A stretch of 61,538 nucleotides of DNA, filler included, from Choristocarpus tenellus KU-1152 (GCA_964200185.2; 14 parts of 14 records of this genome joined end to end with filler, not necessarily neighbours in it), one strand, 5' to 3'. Shown: positions 26,105 through 39,868, numbered from the whole stretch's first letter. Made by a program: numbers and translations. The notes: a model not told the origin generated them from the letters alone.

Positions 26105-29100
26105 GTGAGATATTTTTGAAAGATGTGTTGTATGTGTAGATACAGGTGCACATTATGTATGCAGGAAGTGCACTAGTAGATACAGGTGCATATTATGTAT
26201 GCAGTAAGTGCACCACATACATACATACATTTTTATTGTTGTTATTGCATTTTGAATGCCTTGTTTTCATAGTATTGGGTAGGCGTGGTATCCTTCGTAG
26301 CTGAGGGCATGGTGTTGGTGGAACACAAGAATAGGTCTATAAAATAGAGGAAGGCGTGCCGGCCACTGCGGGTGTGTGTGTGTACGTATGACCAGGTGCA
26401 ATGCCACACACCTCTGAGTCTTTTGATGGATCGATAAATGGGTCATTCATACTTCATGTGTCTTGTTTTTTATTTTTTTGTTATCAAGTCTGCTCTGCTA
26501 GGAGTTGTTCGACAGCAGGACTATAGAGAGTAGATTGTCTGCAGTATTCTTTTTGCCCTGATGGTGTTGGTATTGTATGAGAGGCGGTTACATGTTGACA
26601 TACCTTGATGAACTGTACCTTGAAAATTGGAAGAGAAATTCCAACAGTTGTTTATTGGATGTATTGCTTCTGATTTTGATTTTGAAAAAAGCTTAATAAT
26701 TCGTTTTTTATTTTTTTATTTGTGATGGGTGTTGCCTCCTTTTGAGCTTGGTGTATTTGTCGAAGTGACTGGACCTGACCTTTTTGTACACCTTGGAAGG
26801 CAGACACTGTGTTATGTCTCTTTTTTTCAATGTTGAGATTATTTTGTATTAATGACCATTGTAGGTGTGCAATGTGGCGGGAATTGAAATAAACCAAGTT
26901 GTGGTTGAAAAATAAACACATATAAATACATGTACATATGTATATATACACATACATAACTTGACCACCAAAATGCCTGCTAGTGATGAAAAAATTAGGA
27001 GTGATATTGTCCAAGAGGTGTCTGTGTTGATTTTTTTTTATATCCCCACCACTACCTTCTTGTCTGTGTGTTTTGAGCAGTGGGGAGTATACTTTTTGCT
27101 AACATTTAGTTTTTTGGGTTTTTTTTTGCGATTCAAGCCAACAAGGGTAAAGTCTACCCCTCGTCTCTTAGATGATTTCATTCATTATAACTGAAACGGT
27201 CTTCGATTAAGACTATGGACAGTTTGAAGTTGAAGTTGAAGTTGAACACCAGTCAGTACGGCTTGAAATTGGAAAATGTATCTATATTGCCCCCCCACCC
27301 CCCCCCCCCCCCCCCCCCAACCGGCCGCCACCCCCCACACCCCCCCCGCCACCCACACACCAAAAGACAANNNNNNNNNNNNNNNNNNNNNNNNNNNNNN
27401 NNNNNNNNNNNNNNTTAATTAATTAANNNNNNNNNNNNNNNNNNNNNNNNNNNNNNNNNNNNNNNNNNNNCCCCCCCTCCCCAAGATACTTTGACCGCCA
27501 TCCTCAATGAAAAGCTCCATCCTCAATATTTGAAATCGGCTGTTCTTTATCAAAAGAGGTAAGGATCAAAGAACTGAGTGTGTGGTCATCAGCACTCAGC
27601 CTTTTATTAACACCATTCACCATTTTTCTACAGCCAAAGAGTTAAATGAAGACTGCAAACTGCTATGTAGATACTTCAATCATAAACCTTTTTTCTGCAA
27701 CTTTCAGGAATTGACATCTATTCTGTAATGTTATGGATGCATTTCAAATCTTAGTCTGCATCTTCTATCAATTCAAAGTTCCTGTGAAACAGGTGGAAAC
27801 AAGCCGGCAGGTTCTTCGAATTAATGAAGGGGAGCGGGAAGACCGACAGGAGGAAAGGTCAAAGAGAGACAAAGTCAAAGAGGGAGAGCAATCTCTCAGA
27901 AGATCACTCAGGAAAAGAGTGAACGAGTGGGAAAAGTGAAGGAGGGGGGTTTGGAAAGGTCAATCCAAACCACCCAATCTTACTTCAAGCAGATGTTACC
28001 TTCAACATGCAAAAACAAATATCACATGAATATCATGATGTTCAAGATAGGTCACCTTCAGGGTATACCTTCTGTGGAAGATGACTCTCACATTCCTCTT
28101 CTATGAATTCTTACGTATGTATACTGTTCGCGCATTTTGGCACGCAGAAAGAAATGCTCGCGCTATTCGCCTGTAACAAGTATTGAGCCAGTCCATATCC
28201 GCCAACCACACAGCGAACAATTCTCTAACACGTCCACCGGAAATTGTATCGGTCCATGTCTACTGGACAGCCCAGATCTTGCATCCTTAACATGTCTGGA
28301 ACATGTCCACTGGTTAATTGTACTGGTATGTACCCAGAGCCCGACCAACTTTACTTTTTTCTTGCATGTATCTGGACTATGACGGCCGGTCAGTCTAACC
28401 TTTTTCTGACATGTCCAGACCAAATCCACTATACATATCTGTTATGCTAGTCTAAGAATGAAAAATGTGTACACGTACATGTTGAAGATAAGAGGTGAAC
28501 TTATACTCCAGTTATGTGCGAATAGATCGTACTCTTTGAAACCATTTTGAGTTGAAATCATGAAGAACATATACGAGGAATACAAGGAGGCATAAACGTG
28601 GAGTTTGATTTTAATGTTCATATTTACAATTTGCACATTTGAACCTCCATGAATAAGTGTGAAAATACATGCACACAATGTAATTGTATTCAATTTCTAA
28701 TTTCTAATTTTTGATGGTCTCTATAATAGTACAATTGAATTTTTTTAGAAATACGAACACATATTTTTATGCCCTCTCACATTATACAGATGTGTCACGC
28801 AAAATAACAATCTCACAAGGACCCCTCTGAAAGTACGTATTGTCGTTAACGTAAGAGATGTATCTCTCAAAAAAATACTTCCAAGAATTTATTATTTGAA
28901 TACTACATACATACACTGCAGTGCTCCCTGAGAGGTTGGAAATTATCATGTAATGTGTACACTGTTCCTCTGTCTCTAACGTGGCTTAGCCCGACAAATA
29001 TGGACGAGGAGCTATGGAAGCATACCAAGAATCTGACAGGCCCCTTCTTGCCCATCTGCCTAGTGTCTCTAGCTTGAAAGAGCCAAACCAGTTGAGCTTG

Positions 29101-29787
29101 CATTTTGAAAATCCCAAGAAAGGCAAAAAATGTAATTTTGTACAATTGCAAAAAGAGCATTTTCTTCTATATTCTCCCCTTGCATCGCTGCATACACCGT
29201 TGTGCACATAAAGCACTGAAATAGAGTGTATTGTACAGGGTAAGAATATGACTTGGAACTCAAAATGGTCATAACTTGCCTACCTCTCTATTAATTTGGC
29301 TCAAACGTGTGATGTGTCTCGAGAGAGCTACTTGTGCAGTGACAAGATACTATCCGTCGTAAGCGGGACTCGACAGCCCCTTTCCTGCTATATCCTCTCG
29401 CTCCTCTCTCCTCTCTCCTCTACGGCATGTGTGGTCATCTCACCCAAAAAACTTTCTACTTGCTTACCGAGGCACCAAAAAATTTCTACCATAGAGGTGT
29501 TCAGGTTTAAATTTGGACTAGAGAACCTTCACAGTGGGTGCGCTTTCGCACTTCAGTTGCAGCACCTGTTACACCATTGGTGGTGCATGAGTGGGGTAGA
29601 TGGGAAAGATGCTTGCACTTCTACAAACGCAACATCCAGGAGGATGCCTCCTTTGTCCTGGTAGGGAGCCGAGCCATCATCCACAAGTGCCCCAACAAGG
29701 AAGATCACATCCAGGAGAAGCTCCGGTCCATTGTGAATGAGCTACCATCCTCTGCGGATACCCATTCCTTTGCAGAGTTAGCCTAGA

Positions 29788-30209
29788 GAGTCAAATTATC
29801 TTAGAGGGTAGAGTCGCGTCCATTTGGGGGTCAAAAACCAGCGTTGCAATTTTGATTCTTTTTGGATGTCACGTTTGCTAGGAAATGTCAATATCCTTGT
29901 TCTGGACACACATTTTCATAACATACACACTTTACCTACTCCGAAACATTTTGGAGCAGGTAAAAGTGTCATTAAAAACCAGTGGACAAACAGGGGAAAA
30001 TTCATACTCTCTAAGACCCAAAGTATCTGGGAGAGGGGGGATGGTCTACACCAGGGTGTCCATTTGGGTCAAAATCAGGAAAAGTGCATTTACATTAACC
30101 ATCCGACGTATACAACCAAATCTCCCAAAAATCGCGACATGAAAAAATTGCCCCAAATGGACAGCCGCCATCCCCTCCCAGATACTTTGAGCCTAAGATA
30201 CTTTCACTC
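29788..30209. mobile_element. Type-A MITE carrying a nested type-B MITE (30015-30193) inside its right TIR
   Basis: The outer element runs GAGTCAAATTATCTTAGAG...CTAAGATACTTTCACTC with a TAGA/TAGA duplication. The inner one runs GACCCAAAGTATCTGGGAGGG...CCCTCCCAGATACTTTGAGCC with a TAA/TAA duplication. Confidence 0.88.
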
Positions 30210-31963
30210 TAGACACAAAACAATTGGCACGTGCTGGCGCACGTGCCCTCCTGTCTTAGGGGTACGAGCATGTCAGGCGTCGACATTATGCTTCCTACAA
30301 CCAGCCACCAAGCGCCTCTTGGGTACATCTCCTCCCTGCGTAGAGATCTGTTGGGAGTGATGTCTAAACTCTATGAGGGAGATCTGGCGTGCTGGTTCCA
30401 GGGGGTCCATGCATTGACCCCTTGTCCACACTGGCTCCGGTGGAGGGCCAGGTCTAGGGAAGATGTTTCCTTCCCTTGTTCTGCATCATTCAGGAGGTTG
30501 CAAATGGAAAGAGTCAAACTGGATCCTTTTCAGGAGGCGGGTCATCTCATGTTACGCCTTCCTTATGATCCTGTCGTCATGGGCTGCTAGAGAGTGGACC
30601 TCCGCGACAAGGCTAGGGGTGGTTGTTTCTCTCAAGGCTACCCAGCCTTGGCCAATAATTTCCGCCAAGTCTTCCAGATGGACTCCTACTGAAAGGAGGG
30701 TGTAGATGGATGATCTTAGGGCCCAGACGTGTGGCTCGCACAGATGACCTTGTAAAAACCTCCCGATGGGATCCTTGTTGCCTTGCTAGGAGGGTGGGGA
30801 GAGTAGCCACTAGAGATCCCAAAAAGCTGCATCCTGGTAATGTTTCGTGGAGGATAGGCCCAAGCCCCTCGGACTTGTGGGCTGATATGAGGCTCAAAGT
30901 ATCTGAGGGGGGGTGGTGGCTGTCCATTTGGGGTCCATTTTTTCATGTCGCCATTTTTGGGTGATTNNNNNNNNNNNNNNNNNNNNNNNNNNNNNNNNNN
31001 NNNNNNNNNNTTAATTAATTAANNNNNNNNNNNNNNNNNNNNNNNNNNNNNNNNNNNNNNNNNNNNGGAAAAATTCGTACCCTCTAAGATAGTTTCACTC
31101 GTACACAAGATATCTGGCGCATCTATCCGATTTTGGCCCAACCAACCCCTGACAGAAACTTTTGAAAGTTGAGCTAAGCTAATTCCCTGCATCTTGTTCA
31201 ATTTTGATCCCTTTGGGCATTCAGCACCTAATAGATGAACTAATCTTAAATATTGTCCTTTCGAACACCACTGTCTAAGGATCGCATGCAACAACAGTAG
31301 AAGCAGCAAAAGTAGTACCTTCCCTACCCCTCCCTGCCGTGCCGTCTAAGGGCTTACAAAACTTGCACCAGGAGAAGTCTACAGAAAAGAAAATGGGTGC
31401 ACTATTTGGTCTTGATAACTCCTTAGTGCTAATTACTTTTTGGCGATATCGTGTGTGATAATCAGCATACTCACTTGTCCAGATACTTCTGACAAAAATT
31501 CTTCCACGGTTTTACTCTATTGACCATACAAGTGTAAGGAGAGACCAGCACAGTACCAAGCCCGGAAAATGTGTTGGAAACAGCGATAAAACTAAAGCCT
31601 CACACAACCACCTGACAGCAAACTACAACCCTCCACAATCCACAAAATTGCATACTATACAAGTTCTGGAAATATAAAATATGCTCACTCAACAGGCAGT
31701 ACAGCAGTAAGTATTCCTCAAACTATGTGTTTGAAGTAACAACCCCCCCCCCCGTCACAACAGCATGCCAGTTGAATAAACCCCTTCATTACCCACAAAA
31801 TTGAAATAAAGTTTTTGGGAAATGTTTCCCTATAAGCCTAACCTCATTTAGTAGTCATACCAGACCCCATCAAGAGCTCTACTGCAACGCCCGTGAAGAA
31901 AGCAAAGTGTCTTACGAGGGGAACAATGATGAAGCTCGCAAGTTCGATGGATTGAGGACTCAT

Positions 31964-32223
31964 GAGTGAAAGTATCTTAGAGGGTACGAGTTTTGCCCTA
32001 TTTGTCCATTTGAGGCTTGGGTTCCCACAGTTTTTTTTAATGACATTTTACATACTCTGAAATGTTTTGGAGTAGATACAATGTATATCGTATGAAAAGG
32101 AATGTCCACAACAAGGTATTGACATTTCCTAACAAACACAATAGCCAAAAATACATTTAAATCGCAACATTGGATTTTGGTCCTCAAAAGGACGCAGCTC
32201 TACCCTCTAAGATACTTTGACTC
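31964..32223. mobile_element. Type-A MITE (~260 bp), complete
   Basis: TIR GAGTGAAAGTATCTTAGAGGGTA...TACCCTCTAAGATACTTTGACTC. Homologous to 40758-41032 and 29788-30209. Confidence 0.88.
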
Positions 32224-32622
32224 TGACATCTGTCCCTTTTCAAAGGTAAGATCAAGGGGGGAAAATGTCCCATGTTCTTATATTGCGCTATGTGTTTGAA
32301 AGTGTCAGTAAGTAACGGATCTGTGACCCTTAGTGTCTCCACCCTGTTAGGATAGAAGCAAAGGAGGCTGTATGTATGTGTATGCACTACGGAAATACAG
32401 GTTAATTTCAACAACTGGATTAGCACATCGTAAAGAACTACTCCAAGCGTGAGTATAAGCAGCTCAGATGTTTCAAGTGAAAGCAAATCCTTGCTACGAG
32501 TCTGAACCCAAAGTGTAAAAATCCTGCATGGGATTTTAGAGGACTAGCATAGAGAAGCCATTGTATGGCAGCGGTGGTAGAAGTGGTAGGCATGTGCTCC
32601 AGTTCCACACTGGACCACTAGT

Positions 32623-32877
32623 GAGTCGAAGTAAACGAGAGGTACCCAGAGTTGCATTTTAAGGATGCTGACATATGTGCACAAAACTTGTCTTTCTTAC
32701 AAATGTGGATAGATCATTTTCTGATTTGAGTCGAAACCTCTTGAGCAATAGAGAAACCAGCACTCTCAAAAATATAGGACTTCATCCATAGAAATGCAGG
32801 TGAGTTGCGAAAAAATGAAAAACTGGCTTAAAATGCAAAACAGTCAAAACCTAGGTACCTCTGGATTACATTGATTC
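32623..32877. mobile_element. Type-C MITE
   Basis: Runs GAGTCGAAGTAAACGAGAGGTACC...GGTACCTCTGGATTACATTGATTC with AGT/AGT flanks. It shares GAGAGGTACCCAGAGTTGCATTTTAAGGATG with the reverse strand of 34286-34319. Confidence 0.7.
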
Positions 32878-34127
32878 AGTCCAGTTAAGTTTTCATTTGG
32901 TCACTCGAGTAATAAACGCTTTAGGGAATGAGTACATAGTGAGATCAGCATTACAATGGATTTAGAAAAAATAGAAGTATCTCTTCTGTACTAAATCTGT
33001 GTATTGTGCTCGTTGTCAATGTTTTTCTTTTATTTCCTGCTTCTTGGGGTCATTTGACGTCTTCTGTTGACAAGTGTAGCCATCTAACCAAAAACCCGTT
33101 CTCTCGGCAACAATTCATACTCTCTTGGCACCGGATTTCCCCACGCTTTCCTCCACAGTTCCACCATATTTCTTTTTTTCCTTCAACCCCCTCACAATGA
33201 TGATAATGGGCTATGTCCAGCGTCCAGTACGGCAGAGTCTGTCCACTATTATGCACAGGCAGTTGTTAAAGTAACCATGATGGTGATCCCCAGCACTCTT
33301 CAAAAGATTGGTTTACATGTTATCAATCCATTGCCCAGAAAGACGTGACCTCCACTGTCCATGATAACAACATTACCTGACCTACATCGTCATCAATTGT
33401 TGTTTCTATTGGTCAATAACTCTTGGTCGTATGCCGACAACTTGGTCTTTTCCTATTATTATAATTGTTCCTACTCATTTACTTCTTGTATGTACTCCTG
33501 GAGAAGTACAGTACAATTCTACTTTTCACTATTGCACAAAATTTTCAATACCACTAACCCTAACCTTTATGATCTGTATGTAGAGGTCCACATTTATTCA
33601 TTTCTTGTGAGAAGCACTAAAGTTATTAGTTTAGCGGTCGGTGGAGGAGTGTTAGGTGAGGAAGGCGACAGGGTCAATAGGAGAAGAGTACTAAATTGGC
33701 ATTCATGGGGAAAACGCTCACCCCACTTCTTTTCGTTTTTACGTGGCAAAATGAGTGGAGTTTGGGGAAAAGAACAGGAGTGTCCCGATACACACAAAAG
33801 AGTATTCGCCCCGGATATTATAATACTACCTTTTTTATTCCTCTACACCATGTTAAACCAGAATACCATGTAACAAGTGTGAGGGTACCTACGTCTAATT
33901 TATCTCACGTCTTACCTCTTCTTTCTCTGGTTTACCAGGAGAACGCACATGATCTCGTGTTGCGTTATGTATACACACCTGGCACATCGAGAGCTTTGGC
34001 ATATACTTCCCGATTTGAATGAGCAAGAACTGGGCTGATGTCGTTAACTACCGCCAATGTGCAAGATAATCCTCGATGTACACCAGGGACTTTTTTTTGT
34101 CTTCCTACAATATTTCGAAGTGAAACA

Positions 34128-34331
34128 AAGCCAAAGTAAACGACAGGTACTCACCCATACATTTACGGACGAAGTGAGAAATTTGAATTGAGAGAGTCGA
34201 TTTCTCTATTGTTTGAAAGTGTTCGACATGTTGTTCGGAAAATATCGATATTTTAAAAAGAGACGAAATTTGTCCATATTTGCCACCATCCTTAAAATGC
34301 AACTCTGGGTACCTCTCGCTTACTTTGACTC
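34128..34331. mobile_element. Type-C MITE (opposite orientation)
   Basis: Runs AGCCAAAGTAAACGACAGGTAC...GTACCTCTCGCTTACTTTGACTC, with an ACA(A) direct repeat in the flanks. Confidence 0.72.
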
Positions 34332-34707
34332 ACAAGGGACTGATAGCAACTCAATAATAGTCTGTCATCCCACATGCTTTTCTGGATCATGCAGAAACAT
34401 CTTTGAGAATTACTGATCTCAGAGTTTATATGAAGTCTTACCATAGTATTCTTGCGGTCTCATGGAATAGAGCAGGCTCAAATAATATATAATCTAGTAC
34501 AGTGTGCCCCCCCCGAGTAAGTCACCAAGTGGCATGGCCTTCAAGTAATCCACGCATCTATCTAATTGAAGTCATTACTTTGGGCACCACACTGCGAGTG
34601 GCGCACTATCAGAGAATATTGATCACAGCGTAGCAGCAGTGAAAGAGAAGCATTGTGATTATGTTATCCAGTCCCATAGAGTTTTCTCACTATAAAAACG
34701 AAAAAAA

Positions 34708-34873
34708 GACCCAAAGTATCTGGGGGGGGGGGGGTCTACACCAGGGTGTCCATTTGGGCCAGAATCAAGAAAAATGCATTTACATTATCCATCCAACGTA
34801 TGCAACCAAATCACCCAAAAAACGCGACATGAAAAAATTGTTCCCAAATGGACAGCCGCCACCCCCCTGAGTC
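34708..34873. mobile_element. Type-B MITE with partly deleted right TIR
   Basis: Closely matches 30015-30193. Flanks are AAAA/AAAA. Confidence 0.8.
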
Positions 34874-35580
34874 AAAAGCACCCTCATGTTATCCTCAATC
34901 TACCCGATTGATGCATATTTGTGAGTGGGTTATTGACAACTATTCAAATACAAGTTCACACGTGACTCTGGCACTGCACACAATCCATCTTTACCTTTCT
35001 GATAAACCTGGTGAGTGCTACAAGTTCGCTTGATTATCCATTTCGTGCATATCATTACATTCATTCAATTGCAGTGAGTATATTATGTATCTACTACTTG
35101 TCTTCCTCTAGAAACACAATCTATAGTGATATCTTGAGTGCTTTCAAAAAGTTACCTAAGAGGGGGTCACGGCCAGGCCCATACAAAAATAAGCTCCACT
35201 CGCCAGAGGTTTGTATTCTCAGGAGAACAGAGTTCAACAAACCCTTACTAAGTACCAACCATCCCCCATACAAACAAACAGGTGAAAGTGGTAGTGCGGG
35301 TTGGGGGGATAGATGGTGTAAAGTTACCTCTAGAGACCACACACTACGTGGTTCACCAATATATATATATTGAAGTATGGTGTACTTCTTTCCAGTACTG
35401 AGATAAGCACGGAAGCGTCTGCCAGTTCAAAACACAGATTTTGATGTCACAAGTATTATGGTCAGCACACATACACACACACAGGGCCCATTGTGGAAAC
35501 ATACCAAATCCTTTGCCACTAGTATGATGAACAAAGAAAAGAGTAAGTCACAAAAAAGAAACACATTGATTGAAGCGGGA

Positions 35581-38500
35581 TTAGCAGCCACCCCCAACTT
35601 TTAATGCCACATATTTGGTCCACCACAGCATTTCCAGGTCACCCTTCCGATTAGTCTCTTCCCATGGCTTGGGGCTGCTGCAGTAGTGTAGTATCTGACA
35701 TAAAAATATTCATGCCAGTAGTCAAGTCAGTCCATGTGCATGCAATATTTGTGTGGGATGATGGGATATACAGAGTAGCTTTTGATGTAGACATCAAAAC
35801 ATTTTTGCTTGCACATAATCTAAGTCTACTACTGTAGGTATGTAGAAATATCCACGCATCCTATTTACATCCATCTGAGTTGGTTCTCCGAAATCATTGA
35901 GAGCGTTTCCTCTTTTAGGGTAAGGGGTATACAAATGTGGCATCATAACAGGCATGCAGGTGGAAATATTTCTCAACAGATACTCAATTGGCCACTTCAA
36001 ATCCATCCTGCAGACAACGCCACCTCAAACAACAATCCGAACACACGATTTTCACCAGTTTAGCAACTCCGATAGAAGAACAAACTAATGCGTAACTTTA
36101 CAATGATGCAATATCTCTGAAGTATCCAACCCTCAAGACCAGGCAGAATATATATATATATATATATGTATATATGTACATATCTGTCCTATCTGAATTG
36201 CTCAAAGTACTACAACAAAATGTTTCCTTACACCCTGTCAAGGTATAAAGTAGTACTGGTATCCCTAACCCTTGGAAACAGAGACGGGGGCACAAGCTGG
36301 CTAATTCCATTGAATATTTACACCACTAATCTCTGCCTAGTCCTCGACCCGGCAACTCCATGCCAAAGTTTCCACTCGAGCCCTGCAGGACCCCACCTCA
36401 ATCACCACTCCATCCGGTTCCGCTAGAACACTAGGAAGTTGAAAAAAAGTTTGCATACGACGAGATTTGATCCCACGGTATCTGCTTTTTCATTGTCAGC
36501 ATAGTGACATACTGCTATAAATACTGCACCACCGAAGGCACCAAAAAAACGTTTTTAGTCCATTCCTATCTCAGTAGTCACACAACATCATTGTACACTA
36601 GATTCGGAGCGTCTCTCAAAAACTCCTCACACCCCCCATCCCTCATCCCCCCATCGTAGGGAGACCTGAAAGTGCGCTCGTTGCCTTGGCCGAGATTTGG
36701 TTCCACAGTAGTAGTCTCTTGACTTGGTGAAAATATTCTGATACCACCGATGTGCTACCAAGGACCTGGTTTCTTGTGCCAAGAAACTATCATGCCTACT
36801 CACCACAGTTGTTCCTGAATAAAATTTGAACCATACTATTACTACTACTACTACTACCAAGGTGCTAATGCTTGTCGCCTGGATGATAGTAAGGCCGTGA
36901 AACAAAAAAGGTTGTTTGCCTGGGGGGGTGAAATGAAACCCTCACCAAACAGGGTTTTGAATGTTGAAAGCATGCCGGCTTCACCAAGAATGCGCAATCG
37001 ATAAGAAGGAAGAGTGATCCATTTCAGTAAAAAGAGATGCACGGAAATGGGGGGGGGGGGGGGGAGAACCGGAAAAGGAAAAACAAGAGCCGGAAAAAAA
37101 ACATTTTTTTTTTTTGTGCAACCAAACAAAANNNNNNNNNNCAAGAGTGGAAAATGAGGTTCACAAAAGAAAAGAAAGAGAGACTGGTGGGGAGGGGGGG
37201 GGAGGTGGGGCAGAACCGGAAAAGGAACACCATGAGCCGGAAAAAAAACATTTTTCTTTTTTGGTCTACCAACCAAAACCGAGGAGAATTTTTCACAACA
37301 GGTGAACGACTTCGTCACCAAAAAAGAAGAAAAAAAAATAGCGGATAGGAATACAAGAACCGGAGAACACCCATCCCCCCTCCCCCAGCCCACACTGATA
37401 AAACACAGCTATCGGTGCTGTCCTGCCCGGGTCAGTCATTCAAGTGAACAGCCTAGGGGAAGATAAATATTGCAGAAGTGTTGACGAGATGAGAGGTTAG
37501 GGTTAGGGTTAGTGCACGGAAAAAGATGTACACAGTTTTTTTTTTATATTCCCATTTTATTGTTCTTGTTTTTGCTCGGCAGCACTTCCGCCCCCCATAT
37601 AACTTAAACCATGTACTAACTACTCTATTAAGAGACCCACAGTAGTAGAAATAGCACTGTTGAAAAAAAACCCCGTAACACACACGTGAATTTAAACAAA
37701 TATGCTCCTCCTGCCTATCATAGAGAGTTGCATCAAACTCACAACAGATAGATTAGATGCACCAACAACCAATATTAGGCAAAGTGAAAAAAGAAATTGT
37801 CTGAAATTTCACTTCTTACAATTGTTAATTTTTTTTCATTACGAGGTTAATCCCCTCCCCCCCCCCCCCCTGTACCAACCTGGCATCATACCCTATCACA
37901 CTCATCAGCTTTCCTAATTAATTGACTCCTTCCCTATTGCACGAGAATATCACCTTGAGGGGACGTATAGCTTCCCAGTACCCTGGATTCTTGCCATGAG
38001 TGATCCAATACATACTTCGGAGGGCGTTGTACCTGAAAGGGAGGCGTGATGATGCTGGTCTGGTGAACCAATCATTGAAGAACGCATTGAGAAACCCTGA
38101 GGAGTGAGGCAGAGGAGGAGTGGGGAGGGGAGAGATGGCACCAAAAAAAGACCAACCGCAATTTGAGAGCTGAGGACAGGTCGGGCCAAAAACAAGGCTT
38201 GGCAGTTACAACTTCAACAGGTCAACACCACAAAGGGAAAATTGAGCGGGGCACTAGACCAAGAACACGAATACAATACAATGGTAGAGTACAATCATGG
38301 AAGGATGTCTTTGATGGTACATTGGATTTGCCTTTCGAAGTCAGCAATATACGCCTTACCATGTCATACCACCTGCCATCCCCCCCTTCCCAGGGTATTT
38401 ATTCATTGGCCGAAATTTACAATTTCTTTTGAACTTGGATTCTTACATCACCTACATCACCTACATCACCCACATCACCCCTGTGGGTAACTGTTTGGTC

Positions 38501-38970
38501 GAGTTGGGTACAGGACACAGGGCTCGAAAAAGAAAAAGAAAAAAAGAAGGCGGTGCAGCACAACATTGGAACAAAAAAAGGAAACAGGAGGATTCAGCGG
38601 GGCTCGAAAAAAAAAAGAAAAAGAAGGCTCACAGGGATGGGGCGATGCGGAGGACGCTACGCACGTCAACGCACCGGTCCGGGATCGTTCCTAGGGTTAG
38701 GGATAGGAACCCGCTAATAATACTATTATTGAAATTAAAACTACTACTGCTAACATATGTGTGTACGTGTACGTGTAAGTGTGTATTAATATTTTTAATT
38801 CTTATTTACTTACCCGTATCTCCCCCGTCGTATGTTGGTAGAGTCGAGAATCGTTCTTGCATCATGTTGAAGATATCGATGGATGGAACTAACACCATCA
38901 CACCCGCATTGAACTTGTCTGGCGGGAAGACGTCCGGAGCAGCAGCAAAATCGACGTCTAGGTCAAACAG
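35581..38970 (-). CDS. Glycogenin-like GT8 family glycosyltransferase, last three exons 38970-38814, 38096-37954, 35694-35581 (stop TAA)
   Basis: Spliced product is LFDLDVDFAAAPDVFPPDKFNAGVMVLVPSIDIFNMMQERFSTLPTYDGGDTG-FLNAFFNDWFTRPASSRLPFRYNALRSMYWITHGKNPGYWEAIRPLK|ILHYCSSPKPWEETNRKGDLEMLWWTKYVALKVGGGC*. It has the GT8 motifs FNxGV, DGGDxGxLN, LPxxYN and HxxxxxKPW. None of these exons is in the ORF track in the correct frame. Confidence 0.93.
36450..36542 (-). repeat. Degenerate tRNA-like/SINE-head sequence in GT8 intron
   Basis: The minus strand reads GCCTTCGGTGGTGCAGT...GTGGGATCAAATCTCGTCGTATGCA, with A-box- and B-box-like elements and an imperfect acceptor stem. There is no intact cloverleaf. 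Confidence 0.3.
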
Positions 38971-38997
38971 CTACTACCCAGTCAGGAGGGCAGGGGG

Positions 38998-39036
<39 letters not shown>

Positions 39037-39833
39037 AGGGGGGGGNNNNNNNNNNNNNNNNNNNNNNNNNNNNNNNNNNNNNNNNNNNNTTAATTAATTA
39101 ANNNNNNNNNNNNNNNNNNNNNNNNNNNNNNNNNNNNNNNNNNNNTGTTGGGGAAAGTTCCAGTTCTGGTGATTCGTTTTTTTTTAAGGCTAATACCTTG
39201 GTCCAAGTTTTTTTTTTTTCCTGTTACGGGTACCAGGGTTAGGGCTAACCCTAACCCTAAGCACAGGGCTAGGGTCAAGATTTGAAACCATCTTATTGAC
39301 TCCGTGTGGTATTGAGGCTAATCCATTGGTCGAACTATGTCCTTTTCCTTCTACGCCGAAATCTGTAACGCTTTATTAACTATGTAAGAATCAGTCCAAA
39401 AATGTACTGAGCGAGGTTGAAAAAAGAGACATAAAAAAACAAAAAATAATTTTAAAAATCCAAAGGGAAAGATAAAATTCTATTGCACTACTATAGATCT
39501 AGGTTGTTTACACTCAATTCATTTTGGAAGTAAAATGAAGGCAATCTAACCTTAACCCTATGTAAAATGAAGGCGAATGAAGTTCTTGTTACTCCAACAA
39601 CAAACCAACGTATACACCTCCCAAGGAGAATACTACGCATGTACACACACAAACACATATATGCATATATATATAACTATATACAGGGGGTTTTCTCCTT
39701 TGTCCCTCAGAAGAAAGTATATTTCTACATGTGTATGCCCTAACCCTAACCCTTCCAACAACATGCTGAGTCCAAATTACTCTCAAAAAAGGGGGCAACA
39801 ATGGACGGCCCTGACTCATTTGCATATATACAT

Positions 39834-39868
<35 letters not shown>

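Noticed and set aside
33912-34104. Possible minus-strand exon (RQKKVPGVHRGLSCTLAVVNDISP...)
   Set aside because: The splice sites are plausible, but there is no recognisable domain and no phase-matched neighbouring exon.
35794-36006. 70-aa ORF MDLKWPIEYLLRN... as an exon
   Set aside because: It lies inside the last GT8 intron. The GT8 motifs join correctly without it (PLK|ILHY), and it would introduce a stop.
37035-37275. Direct repeat on both sides of a 10-N gap
   Set aside because: It looks like the same low-quality sequence assembled twice across a scaffold gap.
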